From Chrysomallon squamiferum (Eukaryota > Animalia > Mollusca): a stretch of DNA of 64,000 nucleotides. Position 1 is the first letter of the stretch. The number at the start of each line of letters is the position of its first letter. A program made the position numbers and the translations under genes. This document shows, in pieces, positions 50,410 through 64,000 of the stretch. A model generated the notes under the pieces. The model did no database searches. It was not told the DNA's origin and saw nothing but the letters and a program-made list of their open reading frames with translations. Where the stretch lies: positions 14,632,001 through 14,696,000 of the forward strand of contig CM022675.1 of NCBI GenBank assembly GCA_012295275.1. Direction: 5' to 3'.

Positions 50410-51539
50410 ATAAAGAAATACGACAGTTTCGCAAACCAGTAACTAGGGGCCTGGTTAGCCCAACACACCTAAAAAGCCTAAGCCACTGAATGGACAGTGA
50501 AGTTGGCAAGCCACTGGATAGAAGTGAACGACAGCTGCACCGCTTCGGGTGACATCTTTACAATATAACAAATCGTTTGAACATGCAGAAATGTTTATAA
50601 ATGGCCAGAGGATGTCATTGGTTGCAACAGTGAAAACTGTATGCCTGTTTGGCAAAAATTTAGGTGTGCTGGCATCAAATGAATACCCAAAGGAAGTTGA
50701 TTTTATAAACAATAATAATAATAATAAATAATAATACACACAAAAAATACAGCATTGTAAGTTAAATCATGGGTAGTTCACTTCTTTCGCAGTACTAAAA
50801 AAAAGACCCAGCAAAAGAAAATATCACTGTCATCAGCTGCAAGGAAGCTTGTTTAACCTTCTTACAGCAAAACAGTGAAATAAAATTTCGGTTAAATCAG
50901 TTTGTTTTGGAATATATATTTTATTTAAAAGGTAGAATTTTATTGACAGTAAATTATGATTTAGTGATTTTTCTATATTCAACAAACTGTCGTAACAACT
51001 AGTATCTGTTTTTTAGCTAAAAGGTTCCTCTGTGCTGTAGCTTAAGAAAAGTAATCCCTTTTTAATTTCATGAAACTTAGTTATTTTATCTTGAGGTGTT
51101 GATTAGCTCTATAAGAGAAAATAAATATAAAACTGATCAGATGACAGGTAACTATTGTTTCCAGTCAAATCAAGTTAAATACACAATATCATGAGCAATA
51201 TTGAGTTTTTATTTGTTAAAACAGAGAGGATTTAGTTGTGACTGAGTGAATATTTCTATGATGTATTTACATTTTTACTTCTTGATCTTATAAAATCTTG
51301 TGAAATAGAGATGAAATTTTATAGAACTTTTGAAGAATATATTTTTATTGTAAATATACAAAACATAAATTTGATAAAGAAGATAAACATTTTATAGATG
51401 CATCTGTGTATCTGTATATATGTGTGTGAGATAAACTATCTGGCTGCTGCCATATCAGTTTTGAAAACAATATCAGTTAATTAAGCAGGGAAGATGCAAT
51501 TTTGGAGTACCTAGAAAGTCTCTCAAACCATTCACTGCT

Positions 51540-52050
51540 CATGCAACATGATCAGATGCTTTGCCAGACAGTACAAAGATGGATAAACAGAATGTCTAAT
51601 GCAGTGCAAAAAATACCCCAAAAAGAATGCAATTAATAAAACAATGCTATCAAAGTCAGTACTTGATTGCTCAGTGTAGGACATGTTAAGAGAATTTGAG
51701 GAAATGTACTCCAAGCTCGGTTTTATAACATTTTGTTCATACCATCCCAAACATGTTCTACAAGATGTGACAGACTCTTTGTGGGTACTGTCCCATGACT
51801 AGTCTGATACTGAAGATTCTCAACAAGGTTCCAGAAACACACACCACATGGAGGCCAGAAACAAGAGGTGTATAAATTGTTTCATCTGAAATGACAGAAA
51901 ATATGAATACCATGCTCTGTGTGATTTTGTAAACTTGGTGAACAAATACCTCCTGGTTGCCATTAAACTGAAAATTAAGAATGAAATTCATTTCACAGAT
52001 GTTTGCATGTCCCATTATAAAGGAAATGGGCTATTTCACTTCCATTACAT
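51540..52050 (+). mobile_element. Sola2-like transposase catalytic-region remnant
   Basis: Plus-strand fragment KYEYHALCDFVNLVNKYLLVAIKLKIKNEIHFTDVCMSHYKGNGLF resembles the KHD.HAV..F...FSDGC..QYK pattern of Sola2. Multiple stops and frameshifts. Confidence 0.6.
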
Positions 52051-53596
52051 CAATTGCTATTTAACTGCTTTTTTCTCATGAAAAGGCAATAAACAAGTTG
52101 GGTCAGGGTCAAGAAGAGCTGGATTTCAGAAAAACCCAGAAGACAGCAGTTTAGCAATCAAAAACAAAAAAGCTGGCTGCATGCTTAATTTATTCTGTTC
52201 CTAGAAAAATCTTTATTGCTTTGCAAAAAGCTAAATAAATAAATAAGTAAATAACTATACTACTAGTTATTAATTTATTAAACATGTTTTTTTTAGCATT
52301 TTTAAGATTGAGTTAAACATTTTATAAAATGCTTCTTTCTTTCTTTTTTATGTTTTTGGTGTTATTGCATATAAAAAATTAAATGCTGCAGTCAGAATTT
52401 TATGATCTACTATTTTTACCTAGCAGCAAGTGGATGTCTGTATTAATTTTGTCAAATTAGACATGACATTCAGAAAGTCTCATAGGTCTCATGTTGCTTA
52501 TGATTGGTTTAAAGATTAACAAAATAATAAAATAACAGAGGAAAAAAAAAAAAAATGAATATTATAAAAAACCAGTTCTAGGATGTTAAGCAAAACATGA
52601 CTGTATTTGAATTAAAAAGTCCAAAAGCAAAATAAAAAATAGAATATATATATATAAGAAAACAGAAAAGAGTTGAGTGATTAAACAATACACCAAAACA
52701 ACAGAGAGAGAGAGAGAGAGAGAGATATTGAAAATGGATAAATATAGATGGACATAAAATGCAGTTTATTTGTTTAATGACAACTTAGCATAGAAATAAA
52801 ATTAGTTATTGGCTGACTTAATATTAACATGTATATCTGTCTTTATATTTATTTATATTCACTTTCTGGGCATCTTTTGTAATGAATTTTAAATGTGTGT
52901 GTTTTTTGTATATGTATGTATACAGTTCGGAACTATTTTTGAAAAAAAAGAAGATAAAAAATGTTTTAAAGTATATAAGAACATATATATAAAATAGTAC
53001 ATTCAGAGGATAAGATGGTATGTAATAGGTATAAACTGTCTATCAGAGGAATCTGTTTATGCTTCTAGTAATTATAGGAGATGACTCTTGTTTAGCTTAT
53101 CTAGTATGAAGTGCATTAATTAGCTCCTTTCATGCCAAAAACACCAAAAGAAATAAATAACCAAGGAATAATTAGACATAATTTCAATGAAATTTTATAA
53201 TTTGAAGAAACTGTTTCAAATAGGTTGAAATAATTTATTTATCACTAATAACAATTAGGAAAAAATAAAGTGAATTAAGAGGTAAAAATCTGGTAAACAG
53301 TTTCTTAGTTTTCCATTTCACTTAGAGCTGGATTTGGTAGACTTTTCACAGCTGCTATAATAATGACCAGTGTATGTACTCTCCTGCATGGGATGGTACA
53401 TATCATGTTTGCTGCTAACTGGAATGTGTAGCCAATGAAATGGTGGCTTAATCTTTTCATTATCTGAGTGCTTCATCTGACACCATATAACCATAAACAC
53501 AATGAAATAAGTACATATAGTTAAAAAAAAAAATTAACACATTTTATTTATTGTAATAATCAATATTTTTATTTCATTTGTTTATTCAGCAATAAA

Positions 53597-56437
53597 TCAT
53601 GTATACGTTGATGTTAAGCTGATGTTAGTGCTATTTTCAGGAACACTAGCTGGGATTTTCTGTTCTCTCTCTTTGTCTGCAACAAATGAATGAATATTTC
53701 TTTAATGCATTTGAACTCATAATTTTTTTTTTTTTTTTTTTTCTTCTGTTTCTTTGTTGTAAATAATTATATCAGTATACCTGTTTTAGGACACTAACTG
53801 GAATATGAAAAAGCCCAACTTAACACAACATTAACATGTCTTTAAATTAGAAACTCAGTATATGTAATATTTATATCACAAAATTACTTTATTTTTTGTT
53901 GTATTTTTTTTTTTTTGTTGTAAATAATTCTAAAGATGATGTACTTGTAAGCAGGGTTCACTATTGTTATATGAAGACTAACACTACATAAGCTTTTTTA
54001 ATTACACACCTTGTCTGAAGAGCCTGATCATGAACCTGTTGAGATTTCCTTTAATTCTTTTTAAAAATGTTGGCTGTGTGTTTTCACATTCATTAGAGAT
54101 GTTGGTTTCAGCACAGCTGAAAAATATCAGTAAATATAACAATATTTCATTTACAGCTTACAGTCATATATTTTATTATTACACTACAATTGAAATAAAT
54201 TAAGTTAATTACAAATTATAGAAAATTTTAAATGTCACAAAATAATTTTAAATGGGCAATTAATATGAGATGTTTACAATTACAAACCTGTGAGTTTGGT
54301 TCCCACTTGTGCAAACACTGTTCTGGTAAATCATCTGCAACATCAACAGAAAAGCAAATTTAATTTTGTTTACGTTCAAATAATTTTTTTCAGAGATAAG
54401 AGCTTGCAAAATATTAAACAACATCAATAAGAATCATAAGAAATTCACAGCAGTTCATGAAAGATGTCATTTTGAATTTTAAATAATATTTTGTCTAAAC
54501 CTGTTTGGTTATTTATGCACTTAAGTATTTGTCTCTTGTCATATATTCTGTACATTTGTAATTTCTGATAATCAATTCAGACTTGTTTAGTACTAATAAA
54601 AATAAAATAATTGTAATTTGTTTCAGTTTTATTAATTAAAATGACTAAGAATAATGATTATTTATATTTTTAAAAGTAATACTCACTCTTTTTGATTGGA
54701 TGTGATTTTCTGGAATCTTTGTGTCCTATATAAAGAAAAACACATAGATTTTCTATTACACACTTTTAACACTATATTGTACTCGTTACAAAAGAAAAAC
54801 AGAACAGTAAATATTCGTTCATATATGTTTGTATTAACAAATTAAATTTGAATGGCTTCTCAAGCTACAATGTAATTGAGAGACTAATTGTAGGAGTATT
54901 CTTAATTTCCAATTTTAATTACAACTTTGAATCAGTCTGTTATGTTTTTATTAATCTAATTAAAGTGTACTGTCATTTAACTTTTATTTTTTAATGATTT
55001 GAGAGATAAAAGCCACTGCTATCACTCCAGGTGCAAGGCAACTTTTATATTAGTTTTATCGTAGACAAGAAAACATGACAATCTTTTATAAATCACATAG
55101 AAACTGAATACTAAAGGTCTAGTGCATTCTCCTACCTCAACCAGATTTAACCATTTTAACCCATTCTTTTGTTGTTTGTTTATATATTTATTTATTATTT
55201 ATCTATGTTTTAAATTAGAATTACTATTTTTTTTCTTCTTATAAATGATCTGTTACATGCTCAGTTGTGAATGGAAAAACAACTATCTACTAACAAACAA
55301 CAACTAGGAAAACACTAACCAAAATCTTATCCACAGTGTCATACATATCAGATCCACTGAAGTTAGAAACTATGTCATCTATCATTGACCAATCAGAGTT
55401 TGGACTGAACTCTTTCTCCTCACCAAAATGTTGCTCTTTATCTGGAATATCTCCATTACAAGAAACAGAAGCAAGGGATGCAATTGATGTACTCGCTATA
55501 AAAAAATAAATAAATAAAATAAAATAAATAATACAAGTAATAAATAATAAAGTAATAGTAATAATGTGCTATTTTCACTTATGTCATATTATTTATCTTA
55601 ATATCTCCATTACAAACTGCTAGGTGTTACCTAAATGATAGAAATAAAGACATATATGTAGCTTAACATACTTACCAGCAGATATATCAGCCTGAAAAGT
55701 AAAAATGTATAATTAATTTTACTTTAGTATTGTTTTGTATTTTATTTACTAATTTTATTACAGTGGTGTTGTGGTTTATTTTTCATAAATATTTTATTGT
55801 TAGTTGGAGAGTGTCATAAATTTTATAAATGTATTATGGTTTCACATTTTCATACAGCTATTATGAGTTTTCTTGCTCTTTTGAATAAAGCTGCTTGTTC
55901 ACTTAGTTCAGAACAATGGAAGATTTTTTATAAAGTAATAACATAAGAAGAAAATGAAGATGAAGTAAAAGATTATCTACCTCTGACTTATTTGAGGACT
56001 GTGGCCTTTCAATGCACCTTTTGTCCTGAAATTGCATGTAATAAATTATTAATTAAAACTTTCACTGTATTAATCTAATTCAAGTAAATTATTAATGCGT
56101 TTTTTTTTTTTTTTTTCTTGATATAGTAAGGATTTTTTGATCTAAATTATATTTTACTTTTTCAATGATATGAGAGATGAAACACAATGCTATTAATCCA
56201 AGAGCTTACCAAGTAAGAGCAAGATATCTTTTACATTAATTTTATAACAGACAGGAAAACATGACAGACTTTGATGAATCATATATAGGAGATGGTTGCA
56301 TGAGAAATAACCCAATAAATAACTTACTAAATATATTTAATTATGTCTCCATCAAATATCAGATCAGAGATCAAATGAAAAGTCTGGTCTAGTCTCCATG
56401 GCTACCAATTTACAATCCATTCTTTTTTCTCCCATAG

Positions 56438-56469
<32 letters not shown>

Positions 56470-58523
56470 GATTTACACATTTTTGAAAAATGATCTGCTG
56501 TGTGGACAAGTTCAATTGTCCATTAACAAACAACCAGGAAATACTAACCAGTAACTTAACCACATCATCATACAAATCAGATCCAACAAAGTGAGAAACA
56601 ATGTCATCTATCATTGACCAATCAGAGTTTGGACTGAACTCTTTCTGCTCACCTAAATATTGGTCATTGTCTTGAAAAAGGTCTGAAGAAAGTGATGCAG
56701 TTGATTTACTCACTTTAAAAAATAAAAATAATGATAAATAATAATATAAAAATATAAATAAAAAATAAAATAATAATGTGTTATTTTTATTTGTGTCAAA
56801 TTATTTATTGTAATATCTGCAATATAATATAATAACATCGCCAAGTAAGTTATTTAATGTCCATGATTTTTTTTCTTTTTAAATCAACAGTGATTCAGAA
56901 ACAAAAACACAAGTTTGAGATATATTTTAGTTTCATAATAATTATATAGTAACAGTATTTTCTAAAAACCAGCATAGTTGAAAAATTCTTTCTTTGTTTT
57001 GGTTCATTTTAGAGAGGAAAATGAGGTAGATAATTTTAAATTGTTTGTTATTGCTAGGTGTTACTTAAAAGATTACTGTATAACAGAAATAAAGACATAT
57101 ATGTAGCTTAAAATACTAACCATAAGATTTATCCTCCTGAAAAGCAAAAAATATGTAATTAATTTTACTTTAGTATTGTTTGGATTTTATTTAGTAATTT
57201 TATTACAATGGTGTTGTGGTTTATTTTTCATAAATATTTTATTGTTAGTTGGAGAGTGTCATATATTTTATAAATGTATTATGGTTTTGCATATTCAGAG
57301 TTATTATGAGTTACCTTGCTGTTTTAAACAAAGCTCGTTTGCTTGTTGACTTAGCTCAGAACAATGGCAAATTTTTGTAATAGATAACGTCTGATAAAGC
57401 AATAATGTAAGAAGAAAAAACAGAGCTGTTTTCATGAAGATTAAGTACAAGGTTAACACCTACTTCTAACTTATCCAATGACTGTGGCCATTTAAAGAAT
57501 TTTTTGTCCTGAAATCATATGTAATAAATTATTAACAGAATTACAAAATAATTAAAATGTTCACCTATATTAATTAATCTAATTATTAGAAGACATAACA
57601 TTTTAATTAACAGAAAAATTGAGAATACATATAAACTCATTTAATAGTGGCAATTATGAATAAATATAAGCCTGTTTAATATCAATAAAGTTAAATATTA
57701 ATAACAAATTTTTCTAAAATAAAATATGAAATTAATAATTACAAATAACTTGGCAAGTTCTTTGTGGTCATCAGATGAATGAAATTCTCTAACAATTTCA
57801 TCGAGGAGTGACCATGAGCTGTCCAGATGACAGTCAAAATGAAACTCATCCTCAAAGAAATTTGTATAGGAGGACCTCTGAGATGCTGAAAGTGTTAACA
57901 GATTCATAAATTTATGTTTATTATTTTAACATTAAAATGACTAATTAGTAATACTGTATAAACCTCTATTACACAAACACAGAAATTCATAAACTTGTAT
58001 AAAAAGAAATATATCAGTAAAATAATCTGGTATCCAGTATGATTTTTAAATTAATTTTTTTTTACATTTCTTAAATAAAATTAAAATCCTGATACTACTA
58101 CTAACTAGAAATACATTACAAATTTATCCTTTCCAACTAATTAAACTACTCACTGTTGTTGCTGAAGTGTGGAGGGCGTATGTTTGTAAAATGGGTTTCT
58201 CCAGGATCCTGAAAAAAGTAAAATGTAGGGATCGAGTTTACAAATAAAATTCGATTTTCATATTATTATTATTATTAAAGAAATCAAATCAACAATTATA
58301 ATTTTTATATAATATAGTTTATTTCTTTCATTCTTTTTGTAATTTTTTATGATTATTTTTTAAATGTGGATTAAAACAGATATATTTTATGAATACGTTG
58401 TCTAAACTGATATATAAAACTATTGTGAATAAAGAAGTACATTTTAAGTAAAAGTTGAGAGGGGGTATAACGTACGTCGCTGGAGAAATCAGAAGACTGA
58501 TTAAAATTTTCATAAGTGTTCAT
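53597..58523 (-). CDS. Predicted 13-exon orphan gene (~326 aa) with a triplicated acidic W-containing repeat
   Basis: Exons 58476-58523, 58154-58208, 57743-57885, 57464-57508, 57121-57136, 56549-56712, 55981-56025, 55676-55691, 55320-55495, 54687-54725, 54288-54334, 54010-54116, 53597-53676. All GT-AG and phase-compatible; 981 nt open from ATG to TGA, with AATAAA just after the stop. Confidence 0.72.
55020..57540. repeat. Intragenic tandem segmental duplication (~1.2-1.4 kb units)
   Basis: 55600-56070 resembles 57050-57540 including introns; 55300-55600 resembles 56520-56810; 55000-55090 resembles 56165-56280. Confidence 0.85.
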
Positions 58524-61144
58524 GCGGGACTTCCATTCCCTTAAAACAAAACAATTAATATTTTGTAGTATTAGAAACACACTTTTAAAATACAATAAAG
58601 CTACTTATAATTGGAATACTTTAAAATGTATAATGACAACTGTGATATATTTGTACATTTTATGACGGATTAATTCACGTAATTAAAAGTCCGATTGCCA
58701 TTAAATTAATTTACTAGCTTATTTTTAACTGAATATATATATATATTATATATTATATATAATTAAAATTTGAAACTTAAGACGACTAGGAAAGAAATAA
58801 TATCAAATAAATGAAACGGAAACACAGGGCACGCCACTAATTAGATAAAAATGGTAGCATTATTACGCATATATTGTCAAATGCAAATAAATCTAATTTA
58901 TAGTCTTCCACAGTATTTATATCAGGTACATTTATAGCAATGATCAAAAACTCATTTTAGGCTACCGAGCGTCGCCTATCCGAGGGAAATAACTTTTATC
59001 TGTCATTATTTTTAGAATAACAAGAGAGTTCCGTCTTAAAACAATGTAGCTTAACTATAAAAATTCAAAGAAATAATAATTACTAAATTGTGAGAGATAA
59101 AAAGTGAAATAGTTTACTGACAGAGCTTTTTAGACGATCTTCTGCTACAATTTTAACAAATGTGTTAGAGCGCGAAAAAAATATTTTGTTTGACATATGA
59201 TCAAATTAATTCATTCAAAACTGGAAATAAACATATCATCTTTTCAAATTCGAAATAACTGAATTAATAAAAGCAATAATTTAATTAAATTAATGAAATA
59301 AAATAATATTATAAATTTATCAACAAATGATAATAATGAGTGCCGAAGGCAGAAATTAATTTTTTTTACCCTGATCTTTGATCAAGCGAAGTCACCGATG
59401 GGATGCATACAGTTTTGACTGCACCTTTCTTTTGTTTAGATGGCCGCTTCAACTTAATTTTTTTTAAATCGACGGAATTCCGCAGAAAATTCATTTTTCT
59501 CGATGGAAAAATCTGAACTCTTAGAAACTTCTAAGCTAATTTAATTCGTAGTCATAGAGATGACGTCATTATAATTAGGTTCTTATGGGAATGTAAGATT
59601 CGGCTAAAGTCGGAAAAAGTCGACAAACAAAAGTGAAATTAATTCGAAACAATATGAATATTAACAACAACAACAACAGTAATAATAAATACAAAGAACT
59701 AATTATAATTAAAGTGGAATATCTATGTCCCAAACGTTTTACTAAATAAGAATTGGCTGTGTGCATACATACATACATACATACAAAAAACAAAATAATG
59801 TTGTCGATCTTGGTTTTCTTGAAGCTGTAAAGTTTTCCAAGTTATAACATCACGTGCACATTGAATCAGTTAATGAACAAGTACATTTAATACAGATAAA
59901 GAATGCATTTTGTACAAGCAGAGTAAGCGAAATATCAGATTCGGGAGGATACTAAGTAATTAACACTAATGTTATGAACGTCTGGCTATTACTTGCATCC
60001 GTTAAAAAAATATCTGTCACAGTATATTGAACAAATTAAAGGATTATAAGAAAGTCCATGTTCTAGAATATAAATTTCCCGTAAAACGTTAATATTAGCT
60101 GTGACTGGGGTTCACCTGGCAAATAGTCGTTTTGGAGAAACAGTCATTTTTTAATTTTTATTATTATTACATTTTTTTTATTTTTTACGCTAAGACAGTA
60201 ACGCATATGTAAAGTTCTTGAAAAATATGTTTTATATTTTTAGCCGTTTCAGTTGAAAATAAATCATTACAGGAACCTTGTAAATATATATAAAGCAATC
60301 CTGCAATAAAGATTTCTCGTGTGTCTGTGTTTATATGTTGTCATCTTTTATTATGATTAAATACCAATTACAATGAAAAATATATATTGTAAAGTGTAAA
60401 AAAAACAATAACCAAAAAACAAACCCCCCCCCAAGAACAGGTTCAATAGAAAAGAAATAAAAACTATAGAGAAAAAAAGTGATAAATAAATAAAAAGGTA
60501 GTAAAGAAATGACTGGTAGGTGATCGTGGATTCCTTACCCTTAAATTAACTGGTAACCATTCAGAATCGAGTATTTTAATAAAAGAAAATTAATCTGATG
60601 ATAAGCTTTTGAAATCTGCAGTTCCAGTTCCACTGGACAACAGCAGCAGTTCATTTGGGATACATTTGTGAAAGTATTTGACAGCGGACTAGGCTGTGTC
60701 TCATTCGTCAAGGAAAAGCAAGAATCAAAACAAGAATCTTGAAATTTTCCTGTAAAATATCTGGGCTTCAAAGCGACATTTTTTATTTTATTTTTTGGAT
60801 TAGTGATGGTGCCTGCTATGAACTGAGAATAATCCGTTTTTGGCATATATGAAAAGAAAGAAGACAATTAGCTATTGTTCTGCTGTTCCAGTGATAAACT
60901 ATAATACCTGTCATCGTGTATAAATTCAGTTCCACGAAGAAATAAACAGAAACCAAAAGGTTGCCAGAGACAAAGTCGCTTCTTTTTTTTTTTTCTTTTT
61001 GACAGTAAAGCCATTTTCTCCAAGACTGTTTCAAATTTAGTTATGCATTTTGTAGCACAGATGAAAATACATTTGTTATGTCTGAAACTGAGGTTGAAGA
61101 ACGTCAGTGTGCTATCAGATGGTCGGAACGTGTATTAAAATAAA

Positions 61145-61185
<41 letters not shown>

Positions 61186-62166
61186 ATCGTCATTCAGTAA
61201 AACAAGCACCTGTTCAATAACATTATTTTGTTCCGATATTACGTCTTTTATCATATCCGGTTCACAGCTAGTTGGGAGAAAGACATAAAAATTTTCTGTT
61301 GAGGTTAAAATATGTTTAATAATTTAACAATTTTTGAATGCAGTGAATTTTTCCTTCGTAAACTGAAATAAGCTGTTTACAAAACCGTCTCCAGCTCTAA
61401 TGTCCAGGTAAGACATAATTTCAAATTAATATGTTGCGTTTTGATTTTATTTTCGTTTTTAATAATAATAATTAATTTGTTTACTTACATATTACTTTTT
61501 AAAAGTATTTTTGTTATTTATTATGTTTCTGTTTGTTTTTGTTTTTTTTGAGGAGCGGGTATATATTTCATAATTAGATTTCTTTCTTTATTCATTTATT
61601 GTTTCTTAATATTTAGATTGTCAAAAGCTCAGCATCAAAGTGCTAAATCAGATTCGTCCACGCTAAGCCAAAAACACCGCAATGAAAATCCAACAAAAGT
61701 TTTTTTTATATCCAAATCACTTTAATTTTATTATTTCCATGAAATACAATCACAAATTTTAAACACTAACCACTGAGAGAAGATTAAAAATTAAAATTGT
61801 TGAAATAAATAAATAAAACAAAATATAAATTAACCAGTATGAAAAGAGATGTAATCCCAATCTTAATTAAATTTATCTGTCAGTATTAAACTGATGTGGT
61901 GATTTTATATCAAGTTAATAGAAATACGTATTGTAAACTAATTATGACCAATCATGTGACTGGTTCTGTTGTTTTATTGTCATTTCTTTTATTGGAGGAG
62001 TAATTTGTCAACACCAACACTGAAACAAATTCAGAAGAATATTGTTTTGTTGTATTTCTGTGGGATTTATATCCATACATATATGTATTCTTATATCTGT
62101 TTATAGATAGGTATGTATGTGTGTGCATCTATCTATCTATATATATATACACATGCATGTATGTAT

Positions 62167-62202
<36 letters not shown>

Positions 62203-62382
62203 GTGTACATTCCAGACATTTAATTCAGTGTTATTTGCTGACTTACTTTACTGAAACCACTGAACAATTTAACATAAATTAATAATATGTGATATTATTT
62301 GACACTGAGTTTGTTGAAAAGGAACAAGCAGCTTTTGTACACAATTAATACATTTTATTTCAGTATTTACATATTTATTAAT

Positions 62383-62968
62383 TTATTTGTCACGTGAGGA
62401 CTGACAAGGTTTACATTTTGGGGTTTTCAGTTCAACAGCACTGACAAGATAGCCACATGCATCTCTCTGGTCACGTCTTGCATATCCACATACTGGACAT
62501 TCACCATGGACAAAATGGTCAGCCAGAAACCTGGACAGAATAATAAAAATAATAATAATAATTTAGCATCAAAAGAATCTTGTACTTCACAAAAAAGTAA
62601 ATAAATAAATAAAAATAAAAATAAAGTAATAATAGAAATGGCTTATTTTAAAAACTTAAAATATTAAGACAGTAATTTTGCAAAGGAAGATAATTCTAAT
62701 ATATAAAGTACAAAGCTGTTAGAGTTACCTGGAGAAAACAGCACTAAATGCACAACCAGTGATATTGCCAAGGTGATGAACGTTGTTGTGACAGGCAAGA
62801 TCAGTGGTGATTAATGCATTTCTTTCACCATCCTGTGGTAAATTGAAATAAATAAAGAAATAAATAAAGAAAAATAATGATATTAAAATAAATAATAGTA
62901 AAATTACTTATAATAAATAAAATGATAATATATTAATATTAATAATTTAGCAACAGAAATATCTTTCA

Positions 62969-63004
<36 letters not shown>

Positions 63005-63192
63005 CCCAAAATATAATAGAAATGGCTTATTTTAAAAAGTTAAATATTAAGATAGAAATTATCAAAGGATGATAACTCTAATACATAAAATACAAATGTG
63101 TTAGAGTTACGTGGAGAAAATATCAGCACTATGTGAGGAACATTGTTGGCATAGCGAAGAGCACTGGTGATTAATATATTTCTTTCACCATC
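62383..63192 (-). pseudogene. MARS1: Unprocessed fragments of cytoplasmic methionyl-tRNA synthetase, with a tandemly duplicated exon
   Basis: 63111-63192 DGERNILITSALRYANNVPH..SADIFS (internal deletion). 62729-62832 [34 protein letters not shown] (HIGH-type HLGN). 62383-62530 [43 protein letters not shown] (zinc knuckle) followed by a stop. The intervening MetRS exons are absent. Confidence 0.85.
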
Positions 63193-63480
63193 CTGTGCTA
63201 AACTGAAATAAATAAAGAAAGAAAAATAATGACATTAAAATAAACAATATAAAATTAATTATATAATAACAAATAAAATGGTAATATATTAATATTAATA
63301 ATTTAGCAACAAAAGAATCTTACACTTTCAAAAAAATAAAAATAAAAAAATAAAATAGTAATAATCATAATAAATAAAAATAAAATAATAATAGAAATGG
63401 CTTATTTAAAAAAGTTAAAATATTAAGATATAAATTATGCAAAGAAAGATAACTCTAATACATAAACTACAATGCTGTTC
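62560..63480. repeat. ~380-bp tandem repeat (about 2.5 units) carrying the MetRS exon
   Basis: AATAGAAATGGCTTATTT...ATATTAAGA...GATAA(T/C)TCTAAT recurs at ~62631, ~63016 and ~63390. Confidence 0.85.
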
Positions 63481-64000
63481 TTTTTAAAATAAAACATTAC
63501 TTACGCTGTCTTAAATTTTATCTTCCATACTGGCATCCATGTCTTCCATTTGGAATACAAAACATACTGAAGAAAATCCACAGTCTTTTTTCTAACCATG
63601 GATGACATAATAGTAACTATGAAAAAATTATGAATTACAGCTAGAATATTAAATTATCTCTCTAAGTTGTCACTTGTGTTATTTGCATATGGAGAATAAT
63701 CTGAATAATAAAAGAACGGCAATGTATTATTTTTTTTATTTTTTATTTTTATTATAAAGGGATGAGTGACATAGAATGGTAGTTTTTATTAGAGTTATTT
63801 CTCTTTGAAATAGTCAACAATTTTACTAAGATTTCTAAAATATTAGTGTTCAGAGATGTTCACAGGTGGTCGGTTGGGGTAGGGTTAGTTGGCGTCAATG
63901 AAGTTATTTAGTTAGTATTTTGTGTTTATGTTTAAAGACACAATGACCAATTCCATCAATAAAAAAAAGATAAAAATTAAAAGAATAAATCCAGTAACAT

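Noticed and set aside
50437-50487. Second tiny hAT-like element (CAGTAACTAGG...CCTAAGCCACTG)
   Set aside because: Imperfect TIRs and no matching TSD.
54501-54564. Additional exon of the orphan gene
   Set aside because: Inclusion shifts the frame and gives a stop at the start of exon 54010-54116, and the acceptor is weak. It could still be a minor isoform.

Overview
AT-rich, intron-rich animal genomic DNA, probably a mollusc/gastropod (inferred from the Hsc70 sequence style; not verified). The supplied ORFs are mostly exon fragments or antisense shadows, so gene models were rebuilt by hand from splice sites and reading phase. Genes: MCM6 (minus, 3' end runs off the window); three complete intron-containing cytosolic Hsp70/Hsc70 paralogues (a head-to-head pair plus a third copy, each with a 3-unit heat-shock element); a single-coding-exon SOCS-box protein; COA3 with a U12-type intron; a 13-exon orphan gene built from a triplicated exon module with 16-nt microexons; and decayed, tandemly duplicated methionyl-tRNA synthetase exons. 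Many DNA-transposon remnants are present (two related elements with 7-bp target-site duplications (TSDs), Sola2 x2, MULE, Tigger/pogo, hAT MITE, possible KDZ). Most striking: about 34 tandem copies of an MCM6 exon end plus its splice donor inside the adjacent intron; exon-by-exon mosaic gene conversion among the Hsp70s; and the orphan repeat protein. No database searches were run, so family calls rest on remembered motifs.
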